This document shows positions 14,511-28,187 of a DNA stretch of 64,000 nucleotides, in pieces. Numbering within the stretch: the first letter of the stretch is position 1; every line of letters begins with the position of its first letter. The position numbers and the translations under genes were made by a program. This DNA is from Octopus vulgaris (taxonomy: Eukaryota). Location: contig OX597814.1 of assembly GCA_951406725.2 (NCBI GenBank), positions 37,634,001 through 37,698,000 of the forward strand, read 5' to 3'. Under the pieces are notes generated by a model. That model was not told the origin of the DNA. It made no database searches and saw only the letters and a list, made by a program, of their open reading frames with translations.

Positions 14511-15223
14511 ATTGCTGTTTTTACTGAGATCTCCCTTTTTAGTAGAAGAAATAGCTATAACTCTTTGACTGCTATTTCTAAATTCGGTATGTGGTAAGGC
14601 AATTCGTTGCCAAACCCTTTATTGCTTAGTATTACTTAAATTTTGCTCGAATGAGGCTTTTACATGCCGAAGACTACTTGGTGTAATTGATAATTATTCC
14701 AAATTAATTAATTTCACCCTTCATTATTACGGATAACCATATTTTATCTCAGTAGATGACCACAGCATCTTGTTTTGGCTACACGCGGGTGGGAAGGGCT
14801 GGTGACACAATCTTTTCATTCGCACATTGAATTTAGTGATACTAGTTGCGGATTCTAGCTCGCTCTGATACTGAGTTGAGTTGATGCCTTCTAGTATCTC
14901 AAAATTCAATATATAATCATTTATGATTATAGTATTCTACGCTGAAGAGAAAGAAGTTCGTGGTAAGATAGAATTATTTAATATTTAATTCTTATGCTTT
15001 CCTAAAAACTTGATTTCGAAACGTACGTCCGTAGATAACTTAAAATTGTATGATAGATTGCCGTCAATTCATTCCCTCTTACCTGTTTGTGTCTGCCTTC
15101 CAATTGCTGTTTTTACTGAGATCTCCTTTTTAGTAGAAGAAATAGCTATAACTCTTTGACTGCTATTTCTAAATTCGGTATGTGGTAAGGCAATTCGTTG
15201 CCAAACCCTTTATTGCTTAGTAT
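14511..15223 (+). mobile_element. Non-coding hammerhead-bearing retroelement (retrozyme-like or non-autonomous Penelope-like), 1.2-mer of a 592-bp unit
   Basis: Direct repeats 14511-14632 and 15103-15223 are identical except for one C indel. There is an internal canonical hammerhead, (TA)n on both flanks and no meaningful ORF. Confidence 0.8.
14936..15035 (+). ncRNA. Type I hammerhead ribozyme, canonical core, predicted cleavage after GUC at 15029
   Basis: Stem I TCTACG (14936-41) pairs with CGTAGA (15030-35). Core CTGAAGA at 14942-48. Stem II GAAA/TTTC is extended by AAGTT/AACTT and AGAATTA/TAATTCT. GAAAC at 15018-22, palindromic stem III ACGTACGT, then GTC. Confidence 0.88.
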
Positions 15224-17424
15224 ATATATATATATATATTTATATATATACTTTTCCCTGCACCTTTCTCTTCCTGATTTCTTTATAATCCTTCAATTCC
15301 ACTGCCTTTACCCATCTCTCCTCCTTCCACGTGACCGGTGTCCGGCCAGCCATTATCATTCTTTATTGGCCTGACTGCCGACCGCCAACACCTCTTATAT
15401 CCATCTCCTATATTCCTGTCTTTAGGGTTTCATGCCAGTTGAATTGGATTCGTTCTCAGTCGAAAGGCACCTTTTCTTGTTACTTGTATTCGTAATTGTG
15501 TAACATTTTTTCCGTTTTTGTCTTTTTGTGTACCACGTTCTCCGTTTTTTTCTTTGTTGCCGTACACATTCGCTAGGCTTCTTACAAAGGGGTCTAATGA
15601 TTTAGCTTAAAGTTATTTGGGGGCAACCAGATCCAACCGTCAAGTGTAACTGCCCCAAACGGTCATGACTTCTGGTACTTGACTGAGGAAAAAGGCTACG
15701 AATGACCCGTCTTTTTTTGCCTGTCCTTGTAATTGCCGTTTCTCTTGTCCTCCTTTTTATCATCTATCTGTCTGAATGTTTTACTGTCCTCTATTGCGTT
15801 TTTGTTCCATTTATATATATTACATCACAGTATCAAACACGCCATTAGATGATGTTATCTAACACTGGTCACAATGCGCTTCCAATTCAGTTCTGTCTTG
15901 AATGCATCATTATTTTCTATCGTGATCGAAATTTCTTAACTAGATCGTCGTTCCGCTGTCTCGGAGGCCTTCCAAGTGGTCTATTTCGATATCTCGGATA
16001 GCCCTCAGTATTGTGAGACGAATAATCCAATCACTAAGCCACACGCCTTCACACACGCGTTTATTATAATTGACCTGAACATAAAAACACACACATATAT
16101 ACACACGCACACACACACACACACACAAGCACACACATATCATTTAGTAGGCACCATACGTACTATTATGTGTTACCAACAGCTTCACACACTCATCAAT
16201 CTCAAACCTCATATCATAAAGATCTGACAATCGATTGAGAGAAGAAAAGCCGAGAAGGAATCACACAGAAAACCTCAAAAAATCAAACAAGAAAAACATG
16301 AACCGAAGAAATAAACATTAAAAACAAATAAGGTAAAAAATAAAATTATCCCCCATCTCAGACCCCAAACCACAAAGCCCGAAATATATCATCAAGTAAA
16401 TTAGGCACAGGCGGATGCTTCCAACCCTTCAAAATGTAATTCGACATATGTTTAGAACCGCTGAAAAATACATATCAAGTGTTAAGTACTGAGATAAAGA
16501 TCCTAAATCTGGAAAGGATCGGTGCTCTTTCAGCAAAACATAACTTACACACGCAGCCAGCCAGCTCAGCAACTTTGCCCCCGTCCCCATGCAAGAAGTA
16601 AATCATGCAACCTGAACGGGGACTCTCAGAGTCACCCTCGCACAATCCAAAATAGATGTTCTTATCTAATGCAATATCATCCAGGGTTGCCACAACTTCT
16701 GACTCATACATAACAGATTCTATCACACATCGCTCGTCAAGCCGCAACCAGACCCATGTTTCCGGAACCGACCCCGAGCAACGACACACGCTATACTGGG
16801 AAGCAGTCAGATGACAACATTACAGAACGCTTATTAAACATCTTCTGGTACGTGTGAGTTACCAGGAAGAGTTTGTCTAGGGGAGGCAGAAATCCATTAC
16901 TTACGTCAGTTTCTCTAGCAAGAGTAATGGAAAGGACGAACCAAACAATTCTCTTTGTCCTCTATTTAGGTCTATTATTACCATTCTGATTAATATCAGA
17001 AAGATTATGTATTACTCCACCCCTCAAACAACATTTACATTTTCCGATTTTCGTTTTTCGTTCTGTGACGTTTTCTGTGTGACTCATTCTCGGCTTTTTG
17101 CGTTTCTTCTCTCATTCGATTGTGGGTTCTTTATGATTTTTGTATTTGCCCGATAAGTGTGATTGACGAGTGTGCCTAAGGTGTTTCGCAACATATGTTT
17201 CTGGCACATAATAACGTGCTTTGTGTCTATTAAATATTATTTCTCACCAGATGGAGTACATTTTCTGTTGATCTTACCATCACGGAATAGTACATCACAC
17301 ACACATACGCACACACATACACACACACATACACGTAACATTAATGTAACAGCAGGTTATATATAATTAATATAAACAGTATATACATCTATATATATTT
17401 ATATATATATATATATATATATAC

Positions 17425-17533
<109 letters not shown>

Positions 17534-17668
17534 AAATTAGAGATAAAACCACTATTAGGCAAATCAAACAATGAAAAACATAAGCCATAACATAAAATTA
17601 ATTTAATTTATATTATTTTAAATATATATCAAAAGCATTAAAAGTTTAATAAAAGATAAAGAGTAAAA

Positions 17669-17760
17669 CACTACGATCGTTTCATGGCTGTACAATTCGA
17701 ATAACAATAATTTAAATTCAATTAATAATTCGAATTATGGTTACAGTCAATCTTCAGGTT
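17669..17760 (-). ncRNA. Type I hammerhead ribozyme motif with long stem II, within an AT-rich element of about 17530-17880
   Basis: Minus strand reads AAC-CTGAAGA-TTGACTGTA...AATTCGAAT...ATTCGAATT...TACAGCCAT-GAAAC-GATC-GTA-GTG. Stem III ACGATCGT is palindromic; stem I is short. Confidence 0.72.
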
Positions 17761-18299
17761 AATTGAAATATCTAAAAAATAATCAGAAATATTTAAACAA
17801 TATTTTAAAGATATAAATATTATAATAATTTTACTTATAATAAACTCTATTATCAAACTAGAAACATAACTTAACAATTATGATTATTATATATATTATA
17901 TATATATATATATACTCACACGCACACATACATATATATATTGCTCCTCTGTGCTCCCGTCCCCTTGCTTGTACCATTCTTTCAGTGGTCAGCTTGCTTA
18001 TAACCAGAAATGCCTATGACGAAATCGATATCAATTTTCAATGTCGTTCGATTTTTCTCAACCGATCAATGGGCGTATTGAGTAATCCTATCATTAACGA
18101 ACGTATAGAATTACTGGAAACAGCAGTAAATAAAAAAAATCTACAATAAAGAAAAATATAGAATCGCCATCTTTTTATATTTCATATTTTACTTTATATT
18201 TGTGAGGTTTCCTATATACATATCAAATTGCTATAAATTTTCAGGGCAAAAGGATTTTCACCGATTACTCAATAGTGTAACACTTGCGCGTGTATTTGT

Positions 18300-18900
18300 G
18301 GTCCGTAATCAAATTTCTCTCTTGTTCTCCTGCTTAATACAAGCCTTTAATGAGGAATTGACACAGTCCTTAAATCGCAGCCTTGGTTTCTACAGGTATC
18401 TCTTTCCATTCACAAGTTCCCCATATAACATCTGTTTAGGGATCCTGCTATCGTTCATTCTAATAAGGTCCAACGTAAATGGTCCTGGTTCACATCACCT
18501 CAACATTCAAGATATCAGCTGTCCTCATGACTTGTGTGTCTGGAAATTTTAAGGTCCAGTCAACTTTCAGAATGTGTATGAGACATCTCTGATGAAAGCG
18601 TTCAAGGACCCTTACGTGACGTTTCTAAAGGGTCCATGTCTTAGATTAATAAAGGAGCGATGTCAGTACACATGCGCAGTGTACATCAATTTTTCTTTGC
18701 TTTGTAATGCCATGCTGGAACCAGGCACGAGACTGAAGAGACCGGAAGTAATCAGTTGGTCCCTATAGCCTGAAAAATTTTTCATCGTCCAGGGAGTAAG
18801 AACGGCTGCCCAGGTAGGCAAACTTTTCTACCCAATTCAGAATTGTTCCTTCAACCAAGATATATGACTTTAAGGCGGGGAACCACGCTACATAAAGAGC
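18300..18900 (-). mobile_element. RTE-clade LINE remnant (C-terminal part of ORF2)
   Basis: Minus strand LIRMNDSRIPKQMLYGELVNGKR...KPRLRFKDCV is typical of the RTE/BovB C-terminus. Confidence 0.75.
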
Positions 18901-19749
18901 AGATCCCGTTCTCGCAATACAGACAAATTTCATCAAGTGAACACATAGAGAAATGTGCTGGTAGCATCAAACGAAATTTCACAGTTTTCCCTTCTACCAG
19001 TGAAAACATATAATTTCCCAACAAGAATGATTAAATAAACTTATTTCATCGAAAAGATTCAAACCACGTCTAAAAATGAACGCATAAACAGCTTTCATCT
19101 CCTTACATATTTTAATTCAAGATCACATCACTGTACATATATATCTCCACTAAACTAGTTCCCGAAATTGTGTGTGTATATATATATTTCCACCCCCAAA
19201 CCGATAGCTGAAAATTTTTCTCCCCTGCCCAAAATAATAACGATAACCAATTACCTCCCCTTAGTTTTCAACTTGTTGAATCTTTCACTCATAACTTTCA
19301 CACAAAATATGGACCAAAAACTTTCTTCTTATGAAAATACGTATTGAAATAATTTTTTATGTCATGAATAACGAAAGCGAAACCGGTCGAAAAACACAAT
19401 ACAAGATATGTAAGAAATTATGCTAAAACTATGTAAAGTGTGTGCATTTTCCTTTTTTGATTTCTCATATATGTATATATATATATATATATCCACATCC
19501 ACACATGCATACATACACACGTCCAGACCACCAGCCCTCTTTCACACGCACATACATACTCTCTTATACACACATACACCTTCGTGTTGGGGCCACCTTC
19601 GTTTTGGAAGTCACTTGACCCTGTTGTCTCCCCTACTATCCATCTAGCGTCTAACGTCTGACTTCTGATCTCTTCCTGAAGTCAGAACGCTATGATAGAC
19701 CGTTAGCTCCTATACGCATTTTTTTCTCTCCTTGTTTCTTTTCTGTGTA

Positions 19750-19787
19750 TCTTTCTGTCGAAGAGCGTAGGCTCGAAACGTAAAAGA
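19750..19787 (+). ncRNA. Minimal Penelope-type hammerhead motif (variant core)
   Basis: TCTTT-CTGTCGA-A-GAGC(GTAG)GCTC-GAAA-CG-TA-AAAGA. Stems I and II pair perfectly, stem III is the minimal palindrome ACGT, and the core has A6>U. Confidence 0.65.
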
Positions 19788-19899
19788 CTTGTTCTATTTC
19801 TTTTCCTGAGCGCCATACTAATACATTTGTTTGTACTCCACCTGCCTTCATCTTTTGCTTATTTTCGTTAACCTTCCCCCCCTCTCTCTATATATATAT

Positions 19900-19933
<34 letters not shown>

Positions 19934-20814
19934 ATATACACATACATATATAAACTTTTCAATAATATTGCACTAATAGGCATAAATTCACATTTGTGTT
20001 TGAGGCACCGTTAGGTAAGTACAAAATTCGTATCTTATCGAAAAAGCATACGTAAATAAATTTTAGTGTTCTTTCATCTGCTAAATTCCGAAAATAGTAA
20101 TTTTAACTATCCGTCAAATGAAACATACCACAAAATATAATCGTGAACTTCTATTTCGACTTGAATGAAGATATTTCAAAATCGAGTTATTGCAGAATAT
20201 ATTACGGTATATTCTCGGCCATTCTTTATTTGACTTCTTATTTTATTTTAGTCCATCATTGGTCTAGAATTTAAATAATATTATCTGTATAACATTCTTT
20301 GTTATGATGCTTTAGAAGAAAAAAACATATTCTTTCTAAATTGTGTGAGATTTAAATCGTAATAACAAGCATTATGATAATTTGACACAAAATGTATTTC
20401 ACATTTAAATTGCACCTAATCAAGAACTATTGGAATTTAATACACAAACACAATAAAGATAATATAAATCAATGACAGGAATCTATGTATATACAGATAA
20501 AAAAAAAACTAAACGGAGGTCATAATGACATGATATCCCAACCTCTTCTTACACATAAATGTTGATAAGGCTTCCTCTATTTCCTCAACTCTCGTGATAG
20601 CAAGACGTGGGATATTTTATTGCTCCAATTAAAGGACACAAGATATTCTGTGCAGATATCGCTTACTATAAGGATATATCCTTATAAGACAGTTTTGCAA
20701 TTATCTTTTATATTTTACTTGATTGAGATATTCGAATGCGGCCCCGATGCAACAGTACCTTGGAATTATTTTTATTTTATTGAATAATACAACCATATAA
20801 TTATTTGTCAAGCG

Positions 20815-21045
20815 TGGTACTTATTCTATTGTCTCTTTTGCCGAACCACTAGTCTGCAGGAACTTAAACACACAAACACCGATTGTCAAGTGGTGGTGGA
20901 AGACAAACACAGACACAAAAGACACGCATAAATACACAACATATGTACGAAAAATTGACACAAATGGCTTCCGTCGGCCTGATGCTATAATAGAAGACAC
21001 ATGCCCTAGGTGACACACAATTGGACTGAAACTGGGACCTGAAAA
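20815..21045 (-). mobile_element. SINE family B, decayed
   Basis: Similarity to 2950-3200. Confidence 0.7.
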
Positions 21046-21217
21046 TATGTTACATCTCTGTGACTTTGCAGCTATTTGCAACTATTACGGATTTTTGGTG
21101 ATTGTTCCTAGAGCACTGAGTATTTATGAAAATTTCTGGAATTACTGTTTCCATTATTTTCTTACACTGAATGCGCATACACGTGAAAATATGAGTACAT
21201 ACAAAATTTTTACGTAC

Positions 21218-21301
<84 letters not shown>

Positions 21302-21309
21302 ATATAATA

Positions 21310-21570
21310 AGAGTAAATAACAGCTTTAATGGTTTTTAAAAAAACAACAATTATTTACTGGTAGATTTCGGCATGTAAATATAACCATTAACGGTAGGAA
21401 CTTGTATAAAAGTTCAATATATATTTTGTATATAAATAAAAAAGGCAGGCAACAGGTTGGTTAACCAAATACCGAAAAAATTAGAAATAGCAGTCAAGGA
21501 CTGTTTATTTCCATTTTCTACAAGTTTGTGGAGTCTTATATGTAGAAAATAGAAGTAAACAGTCTTATAT
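21310..21570 (-). mobile_element. Distant relative of the terminal region of the 14511 element, between (TA)n tracts
   Basis: Shares TTGACTGCTATTTCTAA..TTCGGTAT.TGGT and the downstream TTTACATGCCGAA..CTAC with 14565-14678. Confidence 0.55.
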
Positions 21571-21591
21571 ATACATACATACATACATATA

Positions 21592-21653
<62 letters not shown>

Positions 21654-21962
21654 GTGTGTATATATATATATATATGTATATATATATGTATATATATATA
21701 TATATATATATACATATACATATTGGATATACATGTATATACATATGTATATACACAAACAGTCATCTTCCACGCACAAACGCTTATGAATAAACAGACG
21801 TAAATATGTAAATATTTGTATTTATTTATATACACACATACAAATCCATATCAGGAGGCAAGGCTGTGTCGCAGCATGGTCAACTCCCAGCGGACAAACC
21901 AAAGTAAATCATTAAAAAGATATAGATATTTATATATTAATAAATAACATCTGACAGTTCTG

Positions 21963-22038
21963 TCACTACAGCTGTTTCAAAAAAGATGTATTGATGATTA
22001 CATTATGTGCAAAGAAAAAAAACATTCTCATAAGGTGA
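21963..22038 (-). ncRNA. Degenerate type I hammerhead motif
   Basis: Minus strand reads TCAC-CTTATGA-[long stem II]-GAAAC-AGCT-GTA-GTGA. Stem I is TCAC/GTGA, stem III ACAGCTGT is palindromic, and the core has G5>U. Confidence 0.6.
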
Positions 22039-22175
22039 ATATACAGGAATTATGCATTTAAAATATTCCAAAAGTCACCATTTTGTACCACGTTAGGATT
22101 CACTTATTGGTGATAGTCAAAAGACTACACACACACACATATATATGCATAAAAACATATGAATATGAACATAAT

Positions 22176-22602
22176 AGGTGTAGGAGTGGGTGTGTGGTAA
22201 GTAGCTTGTTATGAACCACATGGTTCCGGGTTCAGTCCTACTGCGTGCCACCTTGGGCAAGTTTCTTCTACTATGGCCTCGGGCCGACCATACCTTGTGA
22301 GTAGGTTTGGTAGACGCAAACTGAAAGAAGCCCGTCGTATATATGTATATATATATATATATATACATATGTATGTATGTGTGTGTATATTTGTGTCTGT
22401 GTTTGCCCCCCCCCCCCCACATAGCTTGACAACCGATCCGATGCTGGTGTGCTTACATCCCCGTAACTTAGTGGTTCGACAAAAGAGCCCGATATAATAA
22501 GTAGTGCGCTTACAAAGAAGAAGTTCTGGGGTTAATTTGCTCGACTCAATCCGATGTTACAGCATGGCCACAGTCAAATGACTGAAACAAATAGAAGAGT
22601 AA
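22176..22602 (+). mobile_element. SINE family B, full length
   Basis: Head, internal microsatellite and tail ...CAGCATGGCCACAGTCAAATGACTGAAACAA are all present. Confidence 0.85.
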
Positions 22603-23456
22603 ACGATTAGTAATAGTATGCGTGTGCGTGCATGTGCGCGCGTACGAATTTCTTTAGAAAAGTATGTAAATGATTGCGAATGCGACTCTAGTTATTTCCT
22701 TGAGTATATGTTACTCTGAGAGTAATTCATGTAGAATGGCGTCATGAGAGAGTTAAATTACGAGTTACATGTGTAGCAGACGATGGAATCCACTTACTCT
22801 CATACTCGCATACTGAAAATAAAAATAAAATAAAATAAAATAAAAAACAGAACACGGAAAGCAGGGAAATAAAAAACATATCGGGACGATAGAAAAGACG
22901 TTCAGAAAACATTCACACAGAACATTCTGTAGTAGAAAGTACAATGCCAAGAAAGAACAAAATGAAGAAATGTGTGCGAAGTAAATAAATAGAAATACTG
23001 GTTTATAGAAGACAATGAATATTTTTAAAATTACGTGTTGATTGATCGATAGGAAATTGGTGTTACCACCTCGAATATTTGTATGAGAAGCAATCAAGTA
23101 TGATTTACTTGCTTTTTGATATTGTTTGGCAGATGAACAATTTTGATCACATAAATTGTCGATAATTCACTAAAAACACATATAAAAGAAACAAAAGAGA
23201 CATGAAGATATTAATATATCACGCTGCAGGCAACGTTATACAGGCAAATATGTAGAAAAATTGCGAGGAGATGGTATCGACACCGATATAAAATCAAGTA
23301 AAATAGATCCACGTACGTATGTTGCGCGCATGCGTGTTACACATACACAAATACACGCTTGCACACATATTCATACAAATATATGTAAATAAAGATACAG
23401 TACCGTATTCTTTAAATGTATATATGTCTATATATGTACTATACATACATATAATG

Positions 23457-23562
<106 letters not shown>

Positions 23563-23588
23563 GTATATATATGTATATGTATATATAT

Positions 23589-23975
<387 letters not shown>

Positions 23976-23990
23976 TATATACACACACAG

Positions 23991-24055
<65 letters not shown>

Positions 24056-24360
24056 TTCTAAACCGATAACAGTGTCCCCTATCATAGGGATTCGGCAAAA
24101 CATACCGAAAAAATAGGTATTAGGCTTACAAAGAGACAGTGCTGTGGTGATTTGTAAGACTACAAGTGGTGCTCTAGCATGGCTGCAGGCAATTACCTGA
24201 AAGAAATAAAAGAATTTTTGAAAAGACACCCATATAGATTGAATATCCTATTCGGACCACCAAGAGCAGCAGATAAATTCTGAAATTCTGATCTTTATGT
24301 ATCTTAATATGTCTTTCGAGGCCTGCGTCAGATTTGTAGACCATATGGCGTGCATTGCAC

Positions 24361-24374
24361 ATCTGTCTATCTAC

Positions 24375-24460
<86 letters not shown>

Positions 24461-24497
24461 GTCTATCTATCTATCTATCTACCTATCTATCTATCTA
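24361..24497. repeat. (TATC)n tetranucleotide microsatellite (another at 36711-36780)
   Basis: Direct reading of the sequence. Confidence 0.97.
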
Positions 24498-25446
24498 CAT
24501 AGAGAATATAGCTGAAAAAAGATCCCTCTTTTCTACTCTATTCCTTCTCAAGTTCTTTTTATTATGGTTTCTACTTCCTGCACCGATGCGTTCGTTGATA
24601 TTTAATTAGTTTGATTTAATCAAATCATGAACATACATTGTTATTATATTTCGGCAGGAATCTATCGTCTGCAAGAATTAAAATTCTTACATATTCTAAC
24701 AACTCGTCTCCTCCGTTTTTAACTAAAGTGAAGAGCTTTATGGGAGTCCATTCCATAACTTCACAATATATATATATATATATATATGTGTGTGTATATA
24801 ATATTATATATATATATATGTGTATGTGTATGTATATATGTCCATATAAATATTCCAAATACAGGATGAAAAAGGGACATAACACTTCTGCAAATACTAG
24901 TTACAATTGTTTTCTTACGAATCTGATTTTAACTTATATCCTAACAAAAGTAATATTTGTGGCTTTTTATATCAGAAAGGCGCTTCATAAAACTGGCATC
25001 AACATCTCTGATTTTTGCATTTTAGGAGCACATTATTGGCGATAAATCCTAGGTGGCACGAAAGCAATATAACTGAGTGTTAAAAGTGTGATAAATGCCT
25101 TATCTTTTCATTTTGGTAATATTTTACACCCAGAATTAAATTAAGTAAAATATTTTGTATCCCCAGAAATGCAGCAAGCTGTTGTGATAGATTACTACTA
25201 CATATATGTTACTACATTTATTTAATAGCAGTTAACTCTTTGTATATTATATAAATTTAAACATTATAAATACTGGAATGCATATGCATATACCCTTGGA
25301 TTAAAAGACCAACTTTCGTTCTCTCTTTACTTTTCCCCCTCGTTCTGTTGCAGAGGGTAGATCTCCATTTTTTCCCGAGCATCAAACTGTTGCAAATGTT
25401 TGTTCCCTCACCTGTCTCCATCTTTTCTTTTCTGTAAATTTGAACA

Positions 25447-25500
<54 letters not shown>

Positions 25501-25576
25501 ATATATACATACACACAAACACACATGAACGCATATGCACACAACCACACACATACACACTCACACTTACAGATAC

Positions 25577-25612
<36 letters not shown>

Positions 25613-27079
25613 CGTTATTCATAGGAATGTTCCTTTAGAAATTCAGAGAATCTATGATGTTATTGTCTAATCTAGGAAATTTCATATTGCTAATGTGCAA
25701 CGAGGAATGTTTAAAATTCATTTATTTTGTCTCTATAAATACATTGTAGATTTCTAAATAATATTGACTTGATAATATTGTAATCGCTCACCTTATCGCA
25801 TTTGCACTAAATGAACGTCTTAAGTGCTCAGATATTATTGATTGAGTTGCCTGTCGTGACGTGTATAATTCTGTCGATACGATTGATCGTAATATTTCTT
25901 CGAGCACTGTTTTCAGTTAAATCACTATTTCAACAGAGAACTACTAAGTCCTCAGAAGCAATATTGTTCCCCGTGTTTCAGAACCTAATGTTGACTCGGT
26001 TGGTAAACTATACTTTAACTTTTAGATAAAGTAGACTTTTGTTATGGTGTAATCTGTTTGTAACGTGCTTCTAGTATATATCTTCCGATTATGTTAAAAT
26101 TAGTCTCTAGATAACGCTTTGCGTACAACAAATATCAGGCGACAATATATTGATTTATTATTGTTAAATGTGTGAGCATTTTTATCAGAACACGTTTTGA
26201 TTACAATAATCATAATATATTACTGTTTAGAGTATTTTCCACAAAAAATATTGAATTTGAATTTTATATTCAAAACTTGTTTCGTCGAAGATTACAGAGG
26301 ACAAAAATAAGAATAATAAATTAAGTGTCATTTACATTTAATAACTCAAATATCGGTAATTTTAAATATCTGCCACTGTTTACAAAAGTTGCTCAAGAAA
26401 AAAATTCTTTCATTGACAAGAATGAATGAGCCAACAGATTTACCTCTACATAGTCACTTATCCTGCTAGTAATCGATAACGAGTTTCTCATAAAACACTC
26501 CTACATTACAGCTTGATATAATGTATGTAATAATGTTATTATAAATACTTTTATCAAGGAATGTAGATGAAACAGTTATAGACGAGAGCCACGCAGCTAG
26601 TGAAGAACAAAAATCATTAAACGTTAAAAGCAACTCCTGTAAATTGGTTGTGACATATCTGAACCATAAATATTTATGAGTGCATCTTATATCTTAATAC
26701 AAATCGAGTGACTAGAAGCTGAATAAGCTTTGTTCCCTTAACATCAAATAATTCCAAACTTCATAAGATGTCCACAGACACAGAATCCTGATTATCGGCG
26801 CAAAATAAATATTTTAAAAATGCAGGCTGAATGAGTATACAACCCACATGCATATAAACGGCAGATTCGATGGAGTGAAATACAAAAAATGTGAGAAGCG
26901 TTAGTGGGAAGTTTTTATAAATAATAGGCACCCAACAGTTAAAGGACAGATCAGTTGATAAAACAAGTAAACAATTACATATCAAGAAGATTTGGCGCAG
27001 ATAACATGGAAACGACGATAAAGGTGTATTAGGGCACCTCATTTTGGTAAGCTAACTTTATAAGTGTGTTCCACAAGTT

Positions 27080-27450
27080 TGCAAATGTTTTCAGGAGTGA
27101 CATTTATTAATTTCAAAGAGGTATAATACCCCAATCACCTTCAAAGTATGATCCTCTGATTTTGTGAGGCCGTGAGGAATTTTTCTAAGAAGTTGTCGAC
27201 TACTATTATCACAGACATTTTTATCGCCAAAGGGACTGCTTTTGAGATTTTCCTTCAGCCTAGGAAACAACCAAACGTCACAAGAAGAAACATTTGGACT
27301 GTGGGGAAGGTGAGTATTTCGTTGCCAAGGGACAAACTTTACACAAATTTTGGATTTGTTTGCATATTCATAAATAATTCTATGCCCTACTGCCACACCA
27401 ACTCCAAACTCTAGGCTTATGGTTTTTTTATAAACATGCAACGGTTTGCT
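27080..27450 (-). pseudogene. Internally deleted mariner transposase remnant
   Basis: KICVKFVP (like KVCAKWVP) is joined directly to HLPHSPNVSSCDVWLFPRLKENLK (YSPDLAPCDF motif). Confidence 0.7.
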
Positions 27451-27889
27451 TCCAGAAAATTGCGAATTTACTCAATCACCATTCTTCTCCGACCCGTGCC
27501 TATTCTAATTTCTCTCCTCCGCTCTAATAAGATTGAAATTCTCGTGCCAGCTAAAAAAATATTCAATAAGTAGTCTGAAGAATTTAACAATTTCAGCGCT
27601 AAACTTTATTCTAGAGAGATACTCCATTTATCCCATATACATTCTGCAAGCAAATCAGCTGTGATGATCAGTGTGTCCAAAGTGATGGTGCCTTCATCTC
27701 CTTGAATCTGGAATAAGAAAACTTTGGCAGGTCAGCTTCTTAGATATATAATAATGTTATACAAAAATTACAATAATCACGAATACTGATAAATGCTGTT
27801 TCCAACAAAAAAAAACTTGTTCAAAAAGTATCTGGAATGCAACTAATAATTGCCTAAGAGAAAAAGAGAAGCTAACTAACAGAAATTGA

Positions 27890-27946
<57 letters not shown>

Positions 27947-28146
27947 TGGCGTATGGCAGTTGTTGTATTGGGTATTTTGCCACACGTTTTGCTACCAAGT
28001 TTCTGATCAAATTAATGAGTGAGATTAATATTTATAATGAATTTGCCATTTCCGATACGTGTGCAGCGCATACCTAGCACACCCGCAGTATATGCCCCTG
28101 ATATATATCTATATCTATATATATTGTCACATACATACACACACAC

Positions 28147-28187
<41 letters not shown>

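Noticed and set aside
14645-14680. Second hammerhead-like string CGAATGA-GGC...GCC-GAAG in the 14511 element
   Set aside because: Both core boxes deviate and there is no stem I or III, although the element is very young. It is more likely a different conserved hairpin.
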